Positions 12,231 through 27,586 are shown, counted from the first letter of the stretch. The stretch is DNA of 64,000 nt from Chrysomallon squamiferum (GCA_012295275.1 CM022670.1:11408001-11472000); one strand, 5' to 3'. A program made the numbers and translations. The notes: generated from the sequence alone by a model not told the origin.

Positions 12231-15200
12231 TCATCTTTTAGTTGGTATTCGTGTGTAAAAGTCAATGTGCTGATGCCTCAAAACCTGACAAAAGAAAAAT
12301 TATAACAAAATCAACACTTCATTCTAGAAAAATCAGATGTCTGTTATTTCAGAAACATAATAATTATATTTATTCTCACACAAATAAAAAATAAAACAAG
12401 AAAAACAAACCAATTTACCTCATTGCCCCAGCTGGTCCATCCTGGCCACAGATTTCTTGCAAAAAGTTCAAAACATTTAGGATTGTTTGGCAGGTATGGT
12501 AAGAAGAGATCTACAAAACAAAATATAATTTTTTTTTTTATTTTTTTATTTTTTATTTTTTTTAATGATTTAGGATCTAAATGAAAATTTTCATAAGATT
12601 TAAATGTCAATTTCGTTTTCTTTCTTTCTTTTTCTTTTTTCCTTTTTTTTTTTACTCATTATGTTTCATCCAAAAATGGAAAAGATTTTGCAGTCTTGGA
12701 GTGCTGGCAGAAGCAAACTCCACAAAACCTATGAAATAAATATTCAGTAGAAAGTTAAAATTTGAATCTGCTAATTAAGACTTAGTATTCCAACAAATAA
12801 ATCTGGATGAAAAGAAATACCAATATTAAGAAGAGTGGGTTTTCAGAAGAACAATAACTGAGCATGATTAAACATACAGAGTAATTTTAACAACAAGACA
12901 AATGCACAGAGAGATATTTACTGAAAGTTAATTTCACTTTAAACAATTCTGGAACATCAATGAGACACCATTATTTCTAAACAAAAAGAACACTAAGTAA
13001 CACTAGAAAATTACAGTTATATTTAATACATTACCTAGGAGAGGTGGTTTCTTTGAATGAAGACTGCAAGGCACACTGACAATTGCCTTATCTGCAGGAA
13101 TATTAGCATCACTGCACTTTTCAGTATTTGTTATTTTTCCTATCATGAGCAGCTCAAACGGTTGTTTGTGAGTGGAGGTGATGTCAGAAACCGGTACTCC
13201 AGATTTTGTCACCTGCAGTTAAATAAAAACAGAAATCTGGTTCACCGAAGAAGATAAACATTTAATATAATATTTGTTAACACAATATTTTTAACTCAAA
13301 TTCTAAGCTAAAAAAAAGAAAAGTAAGCTATATGCTAGAGCTTCCATTACATTATTATATAACACAGGGTGTATGTGTAATGTTTAGAAAATTATGGACA
13401 GTATTGTATGGTAATAATTAATGACGGATAATTATTGGTACTGAAATAAGACCTTATGATAACATCAAATAATACTATAATTCCGCTAAATTAACTTCAG
13501 TAACGAAAATTCTACAACACCATCATAAAATGTAAAATTATTATTTGTTAAATATAGTATTCAGTCTGTGGGATCATAGATGCAGGATAAAATTTTCAAT
13601 TTTCTATTTTATAAACAGAATTAAATTTTTTTTATAATTTAGCTTTCGAAATATTCAAAATACCTTTAGCCAGTACCAAAATACATGCTTCTGAATCTTC
13701 CAAGATTTAAAAAGACTTGTGGCAAACTGGATAATCCGTGAATTATTCGTGACCCACATGGCTACCAAACAATCAGGGCCTGCAAGCTCAGGAATGGGAA
13801 GTGTAGAAATCTCGTCTTCTGAGAGGGTGTAGTAGCTATGAAGAAAATAATTTATTTAATATCTGGTCAGTACAGAAAAGCATCTGATCATAAAATGTTC
13901 CTTTTAAAAATTCCTTATAAAAAAGCATAGTTGTCACCTGTTTTTCAGATGCTGCATATACAATTACAATACAGCATAGTATGATCAGTATTAAAAAAAC
14001 ATTTATATATCTCACATAATTTTGACACTGAGATAAAGAAGTCAGACATATTTCAGTATGTTTAATATTTATGGTAATGAAATGGATGGTTATATTCACC
14101 TTTTCTTTCTTTTCACTGATTTATTCTGCCATGGTGGGTCAATAATTATAAGATCAAAACCACCATTAACTGAAAAAAGATTGTAAACAACATAAGAAAG
14201 TTATTAAAAAGTCAAAATATAAAAAAATAATAATTTTTGTTTGTTTGTTTGTTTGTTGTTTATTTTTTCTTTCATTTATATAACCTCTGTTGTAAACAAT
14301 TTTTATGTTTCGTTAATGCTGTTACATCTGGAATGATAAACACATCTGAGATCAGCTGAAATCCTAACAGAAATTGCATACTGTAATAAAAAAAATTGTA
14401 CACTTAGTATCTGATATTCCCAGACGTTGTCATCTACATTTTCAAAAATGGAATTATTGAGAAGACGAATTACTAGGCATCATGTTGGACTGATTAATAT
14501 GTAATGTGATACAATTAAGATTCTTTATAAATTGGTTTATCACGACAACTAAAGCAGTTAATGCAGATCAGGGAAATTCAAAACTTTTTCTATATTGGTC
14601 AATTAAGGCATAAAAAGGCTATTTTTTTTTTTTTTTTCTGAACCTTATTCAAATTTTTCTAAATGCATTTTTATTTCATTTTTTTTTTTTAACTACCTGT
14701 ATAATACCTTTCAACAGATGTGCAGTGAGTACCAGGTAGTTCATGCTGGACAGCATAAATGAGCAAGAGGCAGGAACCAGATACAGTTCCCCCATCATCT
14801 GAGTCACCAAACACTCATCCATGTCATTATCAATTCTTCTGTTCACTATGTCTGAACCAGAGTAACATGCTGTAACAGATTTGTTAAAGCTAGTTATTTA
14901 CCATCAACAAGAAATCAGCTATGTTAATTCACTGACAAACAACCAGAAGTAATGGTTAAGTTTAATTTCAGGTTAGGGACAAAGCCTAATACACTGGCCA
15001 TTTATTATTTACTATACCCATGTACAAAACAAAATATGACATTTTAATTAAAAAAAATAATAAGAATAAAAATAAATTGATTTTTAATATTTTTTAATTA
15101 TTATTATTGTTTTTTTAAATTTCAATTACCTGATATTTGCAAAGTAAGTGGATTTCTTTCACTAGTTCTACTTTTCCACTGTTCGCACAGATCTGCAAGC

Positions 15201-15983
15201 TGATCATCATCAGCTCGAATTAAAGCAGCACACCTCGCTTGAATATTGTTGTCACCACAGCCAACAATCTGATGTGTCAAATAAGACTTACACTGTGCTG
15301 CTTCAACAAGAGAATCCAAAACTTCTTTCAATCTTATTCCTGTCTAAAACATTAAAATAAAAAGGCAAACAGAAATAGATGTGTGTGTGTACATGTGTGT
15401 ATTTTAAAAAACAAATATGTGATCAGATTCATTTACAACAATTCTTTTATTCTATATACTATTATGTCATTGTATTTATTTGTATTATCTTCAAAATATT
15501 TCTTAATAACAAACATAAAACCAGAAAACCTAAAATATTATTAATTTGTTGGAAAGTAAAAAGCTTTATAGATAAGCTAAATAAAAAGAATCAAATGTCA
15601 GATACTGTTTCTTTATTTCAATGATGGATGAGTTGTGTCTTTTCTCAGTTAAGTTATTATGAGAATATTTAATATCAAAATATACTTACAGCTTTTACAT
15701 CATTTCCTTCCAAAATCTGTTGCTGGACATTCTTTTTTTTCTGCCAGTGAAAATGTAAATGAAAACAGAAAAATGATAGTTATAATTTTTTTTTTTAAAT
15801 TAACATAGAAAAACACACTGTTCAATTAATGTAAAAATATGAATGAGCTGTAATGGTTTTCATTAAAATATTAGGTTAGTAGTCAGTGTAGTGTAAGTAG
15901 TTTCTACCTAATTTTCATTTTCTTGCTGTACATTCTAGGTCACTGTTAAAGCAATATTAATGTATTCATGACTATTCTAGTAG

Positions 15984-16046
<63 letters not shown>

Positions 16047-16584
16047 CATTTAAACATAATATAATATAACAACTTGAATTAAAGAACCTGTTCATGATGT
16101 TAATGACAGACTGTAATGCTATTATCAATTAATAGAATTATAACTTACATTGCTTTGTATTTAGAAATTTTATACATACCCTTTTTCTCTTATTAGTTAT
16201 TACTGGTGAATCATCAGACAACTGTCGCCATATTTTTTCAAACTGGCTGTCCATCATAAATGGCTGTTCTATAGCAAACAATTCATTTTTAAAACAAAAT
16301 GAACTTGAACCTACTTCAACTTTTCTAGCTGTTTGTTGTTCTTTAATTCTACTTTCAGTCACTGATGTAGTATTACTGTTATTTTTTGTAAGTCTGATTA
16401 GAGATTTGGGGTACTGTTCATTATTCTCAAATTGGTGCATGTTATTTCTCTTTTCTTCTGAAATATTTCCAGGTTCACAAACTGATCTACAAAAATTCAC
16501 TGTATTTCTATAACCAGACAACACAGCTGCCTCATGATCTACAACCCATCCATTTTCATTTTCACAAATAATTGACATTCTCAT
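12231..16584 (-). CDS. METTL4: N6-adenine methyltransferase METTL4 (MT-A70 family)
   Basis: Nine exons at ~16180-16584, 15690-15740, ~15130-15343, ~14708-14869, ~14100-14169, ~13664-13835, ~13037-13213, ~12420-12510 and 12231-12284. The product contains the catalytic FDLIIIDPPWQNKSVKRKK, VAMWVTN, HKQPFE, SVPCSLHSKKPPL and CFELFARNLWPGWTSWGNEVL motifs. Confidence 0.93.
15990..16043. repeat. (TG)n microsatellite in a METTL4 intron
   Basis: Pure TG run. Confidence 0.95.
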
Positions 16585-19301
16585 GTATTACATTTTCAAG
16601 TTAATTTTCCTTATTTCTTTTCTCCTGGAATGAATTTCACTTTTCGGATCTCTGAAATGTAATAAAAGAAACTGCTCTTTATTATCAATAAAATGGGTAA
16701 AAATAAATAAACGGTCAATCAATGAATTGAAGAATGTTTTTAAAAATACAGAAATAAAACAGATTAACATTGACGCCATGTAAGCATGTTCTTCAAGATT
16801 ATTATGCTATTTCGTACATTATTCATAAATGATTTTATTGTGTGAATATATAAAAATAAACGTCATTCATACTAAATAAATATTAATATTAGCATTCTAC
16901 ATTTCTCTTTCTTTCTTCTTATTTCCATATGTTATACATTTCAAAGACCATTCTTCCAGTAAACTATCTTATTTTTAAAAGCATTTACAAGTAGAATAAA
17001 ACTGGTTATCCCATGTAAAGTCGTTGTTGTTTTGTTGATTTTTTAAAAATTTATTTATTTATTTATTTATATTAAATATAATCTGTAGCTAACATTAACA
17101 ACTTTGCTCGTTTTGAAATTTTCTAAGCAGACATTCACATTGAGACAACAAGACTCAAGATTTCTGTGCGAAAAAGAAAATTATAGTCTTTGAAACTTTT
17201 ACTTTAGCTTTAGTGTTAATGAAGATATTTACGTACATATTATAACGGTACATAGCTGCTAATACGTTCCTGTATATAAGGATGCTTACAATGTGAATAG
17301 CCATGACTTGGTGAAAAGGAGTACCTACTTTTAATCTTTTTAAATTTATACATTGAAATCTATTATTTCTCAGAGTTATTTCCCTTGAAACTAAAATCGT
17401 CATCGAAATGTCATTAGGATGATTATAAGCCCTTTGATACATTTTAATGCAGTTATTTATCTGGAAACTTTTGTTGATAAAAGTCGGATATTTTTATTGT
17501 TTAATATTAATAATTATTTTTACAATAACATTAACTGCATATGTCACTTTCGAAAATATCTTCCGTCAACCTCGTCAACTGATAAAGAAAAATAGCAGAC
17601 GATATAAGGTCAAAAAAACCCCCCCAAAACCCCAAAAAAAAAACAAACAATAGTACTAATAATTCCTGAGTGAATTTTTTTCTTTTTATTATTGTTGTTA
17701 TTAATTGCTTAAATTATACATTCACAATAAATGTAACTGGATGTCTTGATGCCTGCAGGACAAAATAATTTTTTAAATGACAAAGTAACTTGCCATTAAA
17801 GATTATAGTCGGCATTATAGTTTGAGTACTAAAGTATATTTTCAACAGTATTTAAATATTCCTATTGAGTTCTTTCTAAAAGTTTGCTTTTGCTTGTGTC
17901 GGTGAGGATTAAGCCACACTATATTCCATATATTTTTATAAAACAGATAAATTAAAATACAATAATTCACATACATAACAGTTGTTTAATTAATTAACAA
18001 ATTTATTCAGTTTCCCATTAAATAACAAAACAACAAAGAAAAGAAGACGAATGTAGAAGTGATATATTATATTTATTACAATAATTATATTTGAAAGACA
18101 TGACTTGTGAAGCAATAATTATGTTAAATTTCTTTTAATATGGAGCATAAACATTAAAATAATATTATGGAAAATAACAACATTAAATTACAACTGCAAT
18201 ATTAACTATAAATATGTTGGAATAAAAAAAAAAAAGCTTTTATTTATGGGGTGTTATTATAAAATATAGGTTATAACAACAACATTAACAACATTTATGT
18301 AAAGTCAAGACATATTTTAAAATACTGCTAGTAAACTGCTGCAACTAATACATTTTTGAGCTACTTAGATGTGGAAGTAAAATGAAAATGACTAGAATTT
18401 GAACATCAATCAATGGATATCCCCCCCACACACCAAGTGTATTTATACAATTTTGCACATCCATTTTCCATCTTTTGTGCATGTGCCTGACTTGGCCAAT
18501 ATTTGGAATAAAAAGAAATAAAGTCCATCTAGCACATTTATGTGGCCAAAAGATGGCCCTCATTCCACTAGAGCTGGCATCATTTCTCTTTTCATTTTTT
18601 CTTAGTCTGTCTAACATACACAAAACACATATTGATGGTAATATTAAAAATGAATGCATTAATGTTTTGACTCTTTTTAAATATTTGGATAAATAATGAA
18701 ATAAAAGCATTTTTTTGTATACTGATGGTATTCATGTGATTTAATCATTTCAAAGTGTTAGGTTTATTTAGCACTAATCAGCTGAAATTGTTGAATGTAG
18801 CTTCAGAAGAAAATCAAAAATTTGTTTTTTTTTGCCTTCAATTTATTATAACTGATAACTGAATTGTATATTTTTATTATTTTTTATCAAAATATTTTCA
18901 GTTGAATCTAACCCACAATGAGAATTTCTAACTTCACTATTTTCTGATACACTCAGTTTTGTAAACTGATACTTCTTGTTGTTTTCTAATATAGCTAAGT
19001 TTTTCTAATTACTGATACCACCTACAAACACTAACATCAATTATTTGAGAGAGAGAAAAAAAAATTATATATATATAATAATAATAATAAAAATAAATTA
19101 AACTGTTCTTAAACTGTAATTAAAAATAATGCAGAATGTTTTGAATCAGGTATATAATCATTTTTTAAAAATACTGATTTCTTTTTTCAATCAGTCTGTT
19201 ATAGAGGGATCCTCTACAGAGGCAAATGGGTATTATTTAAAGGTATGCAAATAGAAATAGTACCAGAAATAAAAAAAGCATTAGGAAAGTTTTTTTTTGT
19301 A

Positions 19302-20099
19302 TTATTCAAAGTAGGTTGCATAGACAATTCCAATGGCAAATAAACTCCTGTTTATAAAGTTAGCAGACGCATAATTGTCCCGCTCATTATCCCATAGAAA
19401 TCGACTGCCAACACGGATGCTTTGATCTTTCTGTTCCCCCAAAAGAACATTTGTTACGATTTTGTACCTGCAAAAAATTTAATCAAAAACAATAAATATT
19501 AACAACACTTTGTATAATATTAATTTAAACAATGTTATGATCTCTGTTTCTTAACTGCACAAGTTTTACCATTTTCTATCATATTTAATGTTGATCATAT
19601 ATATTTCAGAAATTACAACTAAAATTATTACTGATGGTTCTCTGTAAAATTCATAATCTAAAAACAAACCGTTTGAAATTTAATTCTTTCATTTTGTTCT
19701 TCAGTTGATCTGCAACAGTTTTTGTCAAAGAAGCACATTCTGCATGATTATACTGCTTGTCTAAAGAAGAATAAAAATAAAAATAAAAATTGTATTCAAA
19801 CTATTGTCAGGAAACATTTCTTGCAATTTTCCTTTTCTCTACCTTATTTTATGAATGTTTCAAATACTTTATTAAATCATTTAAGATCAAAGTTTATTAA
19901 CACTTAATGTATTTCTGGTAGCAGGAATGGGTTTATTAATTTTACTTTTATGTATTTATTTATTATTATTAATTTTTTTTTTTTTTTTTTTTAAGGGGTG
20001 TTGCATATTAACACTAACATAATGATGTGTCTCTCCATTTCCTAAATTAAGAATCCATCTTTCTGGGTTTTTTTCTTTTTTTCACTGTTAGTAATGTTT

Positions 20100-20133
<34 letters not shown>

Positions 20134-21470
20134 CATATGTATGTGTTTATTTATCTGTGTGCATGTATCATAATAATTACAGGTACTGAATTTGTTAAAT
20201 TAATTACCATGAAGAGTATTATGAAGTACTTTTTCAATAATTCCTGAAACAAGGTCTGGGCAGAATTTTTTTGGAGGCTCTAGCTGGAATGTGTTTTCAA
20301 CAGAAAACATCTGAAAGAATATTTTAATAAATGAAATTAAACAGTATATATAAGTATGAAAATAAAAACCCCAAATAAATGTAAAAAAAAAAAAAAAAAA
20401 TTCTTCCTTCATTTCTATAAAACCTTTTGTTAGCATCCAAAAGTTAACAATACAGCTTACAAATCAGAAATGTAATTTTAATTTTTTTTTTATCTTTTTG
20501 CTGATGTACGTAATATGAGTAAAATGATTTTTATTTTATTTTATTTTATTTATTTATTTTTTTTTTTTTTTTGTAAAAATGATGTAAAATGAATAAAATG
20601 ATTTAAAATTTTAATTTATTTTAAAAAATACCTTGCGCTGGTGTCGTATTTCATCATTAGGTTCAAAACCAAAGTATGTCACAATAGTATCAGGGTCTGG
20701 TGCTTTGTGGATTAATTCAGGAACAAAACTTGTCCTTCTTGTTCGATCCATGCTTGAATTTTCTTCACTACTGTACCAGTGATTTGACCAATCGTAGTAA
20801 CTGTATGGCAAAGAAATTTTTAATTATTATTATTTATTATTATTATTATAAATACCTAATTAATCCTGTATCAATATCACACACAATCTTATCTGTTAAA
20901 CTAAACTATCCTAATAACTGGTTCAGGTAAGATATTCTCTGTTATATAATCTATATTTTTTTTTATGATATATCAACTAGACTAAATATATCATGCACAA
21001 TTCAAACAACATATTTTATTTGTTTATTGCCATTAGTTTTTATTTATTATGATTATTATAATAACAAATTGCAACATTTTCTCTTCTCAATCAGAAGAAT
21101 ACTTCTATGTACAGGACATGACAATAAAATGAAAAAAAATTACATCCTTGTTTGCATGCACACAAGCATCTTGGTTCATTATCATTCTTTATTACTAAAC
21201 TTCTAGATAAGGCACAAACAGAAAAACTTAGTAACTAACTATTACAATTACTGAAAATTTTGTGCAAGATCTTTTAATGATACATTAATGTTAATTTCAA
21301 ATGTATCTGAAGAATGCATTATTATTTTATTCTGACAAAATTTTGACAAAATTCAGAATATAGCTTAAAGTTTACTTTTTGTTAGTAACTTGTGATGAAA
21401 TAATTTAAAGATTCTTTTAATGCTTATCAAATTATAAAAATATCAAATAACCTCACCTGTCAGAAGCCAT
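19302..21470 (-). CDS. Tctex1 domain-containing dynein light chain (TCTEX1D/DYNLT5-like)
   Basis: Exons at 21457-21470 (ATGGCTTCTGACAG|GTGAG), ~20632-20800, ~20208-20310, ~19670-19760 and 19302-19467. Translation includes ENTFQLEPPKKF...LTKTVADQLKNKMKELNFKRYKIVTNVLLGEQKDQSIRVGSRFLWDNERDNYASANFINRSLFAIGIVYATYFE*, a typical Tctex-1 domain ending. Confidence 0.9.
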
Positions 21471-21587
21471 TTTTTGTATAAAAAGATTTGAAATAATTTG
21501 TGATTCGCAGCTCAAAATAATGTCTGTTATCCAGACTGATAAACTTCCTAATATTGTGTTAATTAGATATGAAGATATATTTTCCCT

Positions 21588-21601
21588 ATTGCCATGGTAA
21601 T
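21588..21601. promoter_or_regulatory. Candidate RFX X-box upstream of the Tctex1D gene
   Basis: Near-palindromic ATTGCCATGGTAAT lies ~120 bp upstream of the ATG, close to the GTTGCCATGGCAAC consensus. A second X-box-like site (GTTGTCATGGCATT on the minus strand) is at 21847-21860. Confidence 0.55.
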
Positions 21602-22392
21602 ACAGGCTATCATGACGTTACTGGTACTGGTCTAAAATCAATAGACAATTCATTTTGCACAGGTGTTCTTCACAATATTATTACAGTTTTATTGCAAACC
21701 ATAAAAGCTAATAAAATAATCTTATTCCATTACAATCTGTTGATTTAATAAAAAGCATTTTTAATTCTTCCATAAATTGATATGTGTACTGAAGTGGTCT
21801 ATAATATCTTATAGATACACTTTTTTTTTTTTTTTTTCCTGTTGTGAATGCCATGACAACAGCACATGCATGATTAAAAAGCAAAGCCGTAATGAATCCC
21901 TGTTGTCTTAGCTTACTTATTGATTACTATCGATGACATACGAATTTCATCATGCAACATGGCCAAAGCAGTAATTACTGATGATGCTTGTTTGAGAAGC
22001 AACATATAAAGTTTTTCAGATAATGTATGAATGACACGAATAGGTAACTTTAAATTATAATTATTCACATACTCATTATAAGAATGCTTTAAATGTAAAA
22101 TTTTGAGAATTTGATTGATTAATTTATGTTATTTATTTATTTATTTATTTATTTTATTCATTTATTAGTATTTTTAATCAGTTTAAATTCGTATTTTTAG
22201 GATTATAATTTCTGTATAGTGGTTGTAGGCTGGCTGAGAATTATTGGTAGGGCACAGAGTTGAGCCATGTTAAGTTGCATAATATCATTTCTCCTCAGTT
22301 CAGCTAGGTTCACTGTTCATGTTATTTGTTTCCAACTGTGTCCTTTTCTAGTAATTATTATCTATCCATCTATCTATCTATCTATATCTATA

Positions 22393-22429
<37 letters not shown>

Positions 22430-23442
22430 TACTTTTAATGCATTTTAATTATTTAAAATATGTATATTATTTCTGACTAAAAAAAAAAAATAAAATAATA
22501 AAATAATAAAAAATATGTACTAATATGAATAGAAATCTTTTAAATCGTTTTAACTAGACATAATTATAAAGTACGATCTCGAACATGAATTTATTGTTTC
22601 CATTGTTAAATTTTGTTTATTATTTTTATTATTATTATTATTACTACTTTGTTTCTGGTGGTTTTTTTTTTTTGGGGGTTTTCGAATTCATTAAACTATT
22701 TTTTCAATTTTATGCTCATTTGATTTGAATGTTATGATAATTTTGTTAATAATTTTGATACTAATGGTTTAATATTACATCAAACTAATATTGTATAGTT
22801 GCTTACAGTAATATATATGTCTTGTAGAACAATAACATTAATAATACAACGAACCTCAAAAGTTAATAGTTTTTTCAGCCGATGGGAGGCTACGTTAAAC
22901 AAGCGTTGCCGTTGTTTGGTTTTTACGCTTTTTATCTGATTACTTCCCTTTAGAGAAAACGCTAAGTTAATATTTTTACTTTGATTTTAGAAAATTAAAT
23001 AGATCTACTGTTTTGTTTATCTATTTAAAAAAAAAAAAATTATAATAATAAAAAATATATATATTAAAATAATTAAAATTTAAAGAAGTGATGAACATCA
23101 AGAATAATAAGCCTAATTATATTCGTATTTTCTTTATTAATTAACCGTTGCAAATTGAAATTTTCTTTCATAAATACAATTAGCTAATTAGTATTTTAAA
23201 CCATTTTTGAAATCTCCAAATATATTTCTTCCAGTTCGCTAATTTATACTATTTAAAAAAAAAATAGACATTAAGATACAATTTGAAACTATCTACTATA
23301 TAGTTTGATGAGATTAAACCAGGGGTGGAGTGAGGGGAACATTTTAAAAACAAAAATTTCTCTGTTTTTATTTATTTATTCATTTTCTTTATTTATTATT
23401 ATTTTATTTATTTATTTATTTACTTACTTATTTATTATTATT

Positions 23443-23479
<37 letters not shown>

Positions 23480-24192
23480 TTTTTATTTTTTTTTTTTGTT
23501 TCTGACCTCATATTGAATGAGCTCATCACTTTAAAACCAATTTTTGGCTACCTACATTCAGAAAATATTTTAAACTTCCATATTCTTTAAACTGATGCTA
23601 CTGACATTATAATTTCACTGGAATAAAGTATCAAAGCTTAATATTCCTATTTTGGGGTTTGTAGACTTATAATTATCTGATACGTGTTGTGTTACAACCA
23701 TTAGGGAAAAAATAGAAGTTTCTGTTTTTCGGCAAATTAGTAGTTTTATGAATAAATTTGGACCCTTTGCATTATGAAATAACCGTAATTACAAGAATTC
23801 ATGCACATTTATCTAATATAATTAACATTAAGACATCGGACTGAATAATTATTTCTACAGATAAGTATAATGTAAATTTGTTAGTGATTTCTAAGTATTG
23901 ATACATAACTGGGAAAGTTACAATGAAAATGACTGAAATCGTCAATAAAATTCCCATAATAAATTTTCGCATTAGTTTTGTTAAAAGTAAAAAAGATATT
24001 ACAGTATTATAATCTTTATAAACTACAAGGCCATTACGACAAAAACGCACTCTCAAAACTTTGATTTGGCAGTTAGGCTAACCCAATATGCTGAAACTGA
24101 TTGGTCGTATGTAATATATAAGCAGAATTTTTATGCAACAACAGAAAAATAGATGTCACCGAAACTGTTTTATTACAGTTTAAACAGATATT

Positions 24193-25982
24193 TCAGTTAC
24201 ATGTTCGTTTCTGTGTGGGCGCCACTCTAACTTCTTTGTTATGTGCCAGTGTATGTCCTTTTAAACAGAACATGAAACTGAAAATAATCATAAAGAAAAA
24301 TATTACAGAAAAAACTTTCTTTCCAGATATTATTTTTTTTTTTTTTCCTTATATCGAAATTAGGATTAAGGTACTTCATATAGACTTTGACGATTATGCT
24401 GTTACTATTATTATTATTATTATTATAACGAATAGGTAATAATAACGGAATTAATCATCACAGTCTACATGTAGCACCTTTTAAAAAGAATATCTTAACG
24501 TATAAACTTTATTCAGAAATAATTGTTTAGTATATGTGCTTCCGTTATTCTGGTTAAAAAATAAAATAAAAAAAATAAAAATAAAGAATAAAGGTATAAA
24601 AACTAGTATTTAAAGTACTTGTCTCCGGTTTCGCCCGATTTCACGAACACTTTTTCAAAAGCCGTCTGGTCTTCGCCGCCACCGAACCAGAACCCTCGTT
24701 TCTTGATGTACTTGAGAACGATGGTGTGTACTTTACCAACCTCCACGGGGGATACGACAACATGCGAGTACGTCATCCCCTTTTTCAAGTCAGTGTTTCC
24801 TGATCTGTGTTAACAAAACCAAAGATACTGTAGCCCATCATCGACTGTTTTCTGCTTTACTTAAATACGATATAAAATGTCAAATTTTTTTGAAAACGAA
24901 TCAGATATCCTTTGGCTTATTCATGTTGTTGAGTGAATGGAGGATACATACAGTTAACTTAGTTGATTGCTATAACAGTCATTAACATATTTGTTGTTAC
25001 ATTATATGCTGTATAGTTAGTTCATTTATACACTTAACATTTGTTTTAATTATTGGTGGGGTTCATTTTTCTTTTATCATTTTAACAGTCGTACACTTGG
25101 TACTAATAATTCCTTGATTTCTCTCAGAAACAGGAATATCGAAATATCAGTTAATCCACTCTTTTTTCTTTTAAATTATAAAGCAGCAATCACTTTCATC
25201 AGAAAGGAATTTCAAATGCTTACCCCGTCGCATCTAAAATTCCACTACGACCGTATGTGCCAATTAACTCTATCTGTATTTTGCCTGTTGTATCCTTCAC
25301 GCCATCACCGATCGTCAGTTTGACATTGTAGTTATAACCTTCAATATGTAATAGAGATAATAGTATTATTCTGATTTCAAAAAAAAAGAAAAAAAGATTA
25401 ACAGTCTGAAGGGACCTAATATTGTAACTCACATTTTATCCCAAAATGTTTTTGAAGTTAACGTTAATGCATCATTAAAATATCTTGCAAAAAGTGTGAA
25501 TTTTATTCAAATAATTTATTTATTTATTTATTTATTTGTTGTTGTTGTTGTTATTATTATTATTAATATTGTGCTTAAGCGTATGTTTATATATATTTAT
25601 GTTATACTATTATTTTAAAAACCTCTATATGTATCTGCTATTAAAACTGCATAACTTAATTTTTCTTACCGCAGTACTTTGGTTTTGACCCTGTATTTAA
25701 ATACATTTTGCCTCTCGCATAATACTGGTCTGAATAATATCCCATCTGACTGCATCCTCGTCTGCCACACTCTAAGCATTTTCCGTTTTCGAAATCATCC
25801 TTTACAGAATAAATTAGATAGATGTGTATATGTGTATATGTTTTAAACACACACTACACATTTTTATATCTTTATCCTTAATAAAATTTGCTTTATACTA
25901 TATTAATTATTTTCTTAATTCAGTAATGTATGTGTCATTCATTCACTGCCCCGAATTCACACACAAACATACAGAGAGAGAA

Positions 25983-26050
<68 letters not shown>

Positions 26051-27516
26051 AAATTCCTATTACTTTGTCAGCCTGAGAGATTATAACAGTGAACGATTTT
26101 ATAAAACAAAGATTTGTTCAAGATATCAGGACAGAAATGAATGCCAAAATGGAACCTGCATGTTAATACATACATAGGAATTACACGGATACGCACTAAA
26201 AGGACACGGTGAGTTGATAGATTCCAAGTACAAGTCATGAGATCGCGAATGGCTACATGCAACTGCCTTTATGAGATCTGAAGAAAAACTAAAATGTATC
26301 AGTTATCAGTAGCGTTGTACGTGTATACATGCTATCTGTACAAGTCTGTGTGTCTATCTAATATGTGTGTGTGTGTCTGCGTGAGTGTGTGTGTGTGTGT
26401 GTGCTATAACAGACACGTATTTATTATCAACACACATAAACCTACTGTCGCCATGCAGCAAACTGTCGATGGCGCCACCGATTCCGTTGTGACAGCCAGG
26501 CTGCGTTTCTCCGCCGTTCACGTAGAAGTCGACGTGTCCCATTTGTTGCTTCGAACCAGCCCCGCCACTGAGAATAGGTGCGCCATTCGTGTGAGTGATG
26601 TCGACAAACTTAGCATCGGTTTCATCAAGGCGAACGATTTTAGCCAAGTGACCATAGTTCGGTTCAGCCGGGTCCATACCTAAAATATAATAAATAAATA
26701 ATATATATATACACACATACACACACATACATTTGGCATGTTATCAGTGTAACATATTTTCTATATTTAAGTAAAAACAAGCAGTCAACCAAATAAAATA
26801 AAATCGAATAAAAATAAAGAAAGAAAGAAGGAAAAATGTTATAAGAAAAGGACCATACGGGGACGTGGGTAAATTAAGTTGTTGATAGGATATGTTCGAT
26901 TCTCCTATTACAAAACTTTTCCTGTTTTTCTGATGAGGGAAGGTTCATGACTAAAAAGGGCACCATAACATTATGAAAAGGCACTACTGAAAAATTACAC
27001 ACGTTCACAAAGACATAATGTAATAGTGCGACAACAGGGACGCAGGCAGACCTATTCTTTCTGCAACAAATTGTTTAGATTTTAAAAAACCAAATAAATT
27101 TGAGAAAAAAAAAAAAAAAAACGAAAAAATCCTAAATAAAAGGGGCACCTCTCAAATTTGAGGAGGTGTCTGGACACACCCTCTAGATCCGCCCCAGAAT
27201 TCAGGTATTTTTTGTTTTTAAACTATTATTTAGATCTATAATCATTCGATTGCAATATAACATCATTTTGAAAATTCTATTATTCTGAAAATTTTCCCAC
27301 GCTCGTCACAGCTATTATTATTATTTTATTATTCTGTATAATACTGTCACAAGATAGGTTATGGATCCATTGAGGAAATTAGTGTGTATACACCATTACC
27401 GGCAAGCAAACTGTTGGTTGCATATTATGATATTAAAATAATTTTGTGGACTCAAAACTTTCTACCTACAGTTATCTAAATTAAAACAAACGTATGGTCA
27501 TTCCAATATATGTGTG

Positions 27517-27586
<70 letters not shown>

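Noticed and set aside
18345-18710. 121 aa minus-strand ORF between METTL4 and the Tctex1D gene
   Set aside because: No recognisable homology or exon chain. It is more likely UTR or intergenic sequence.
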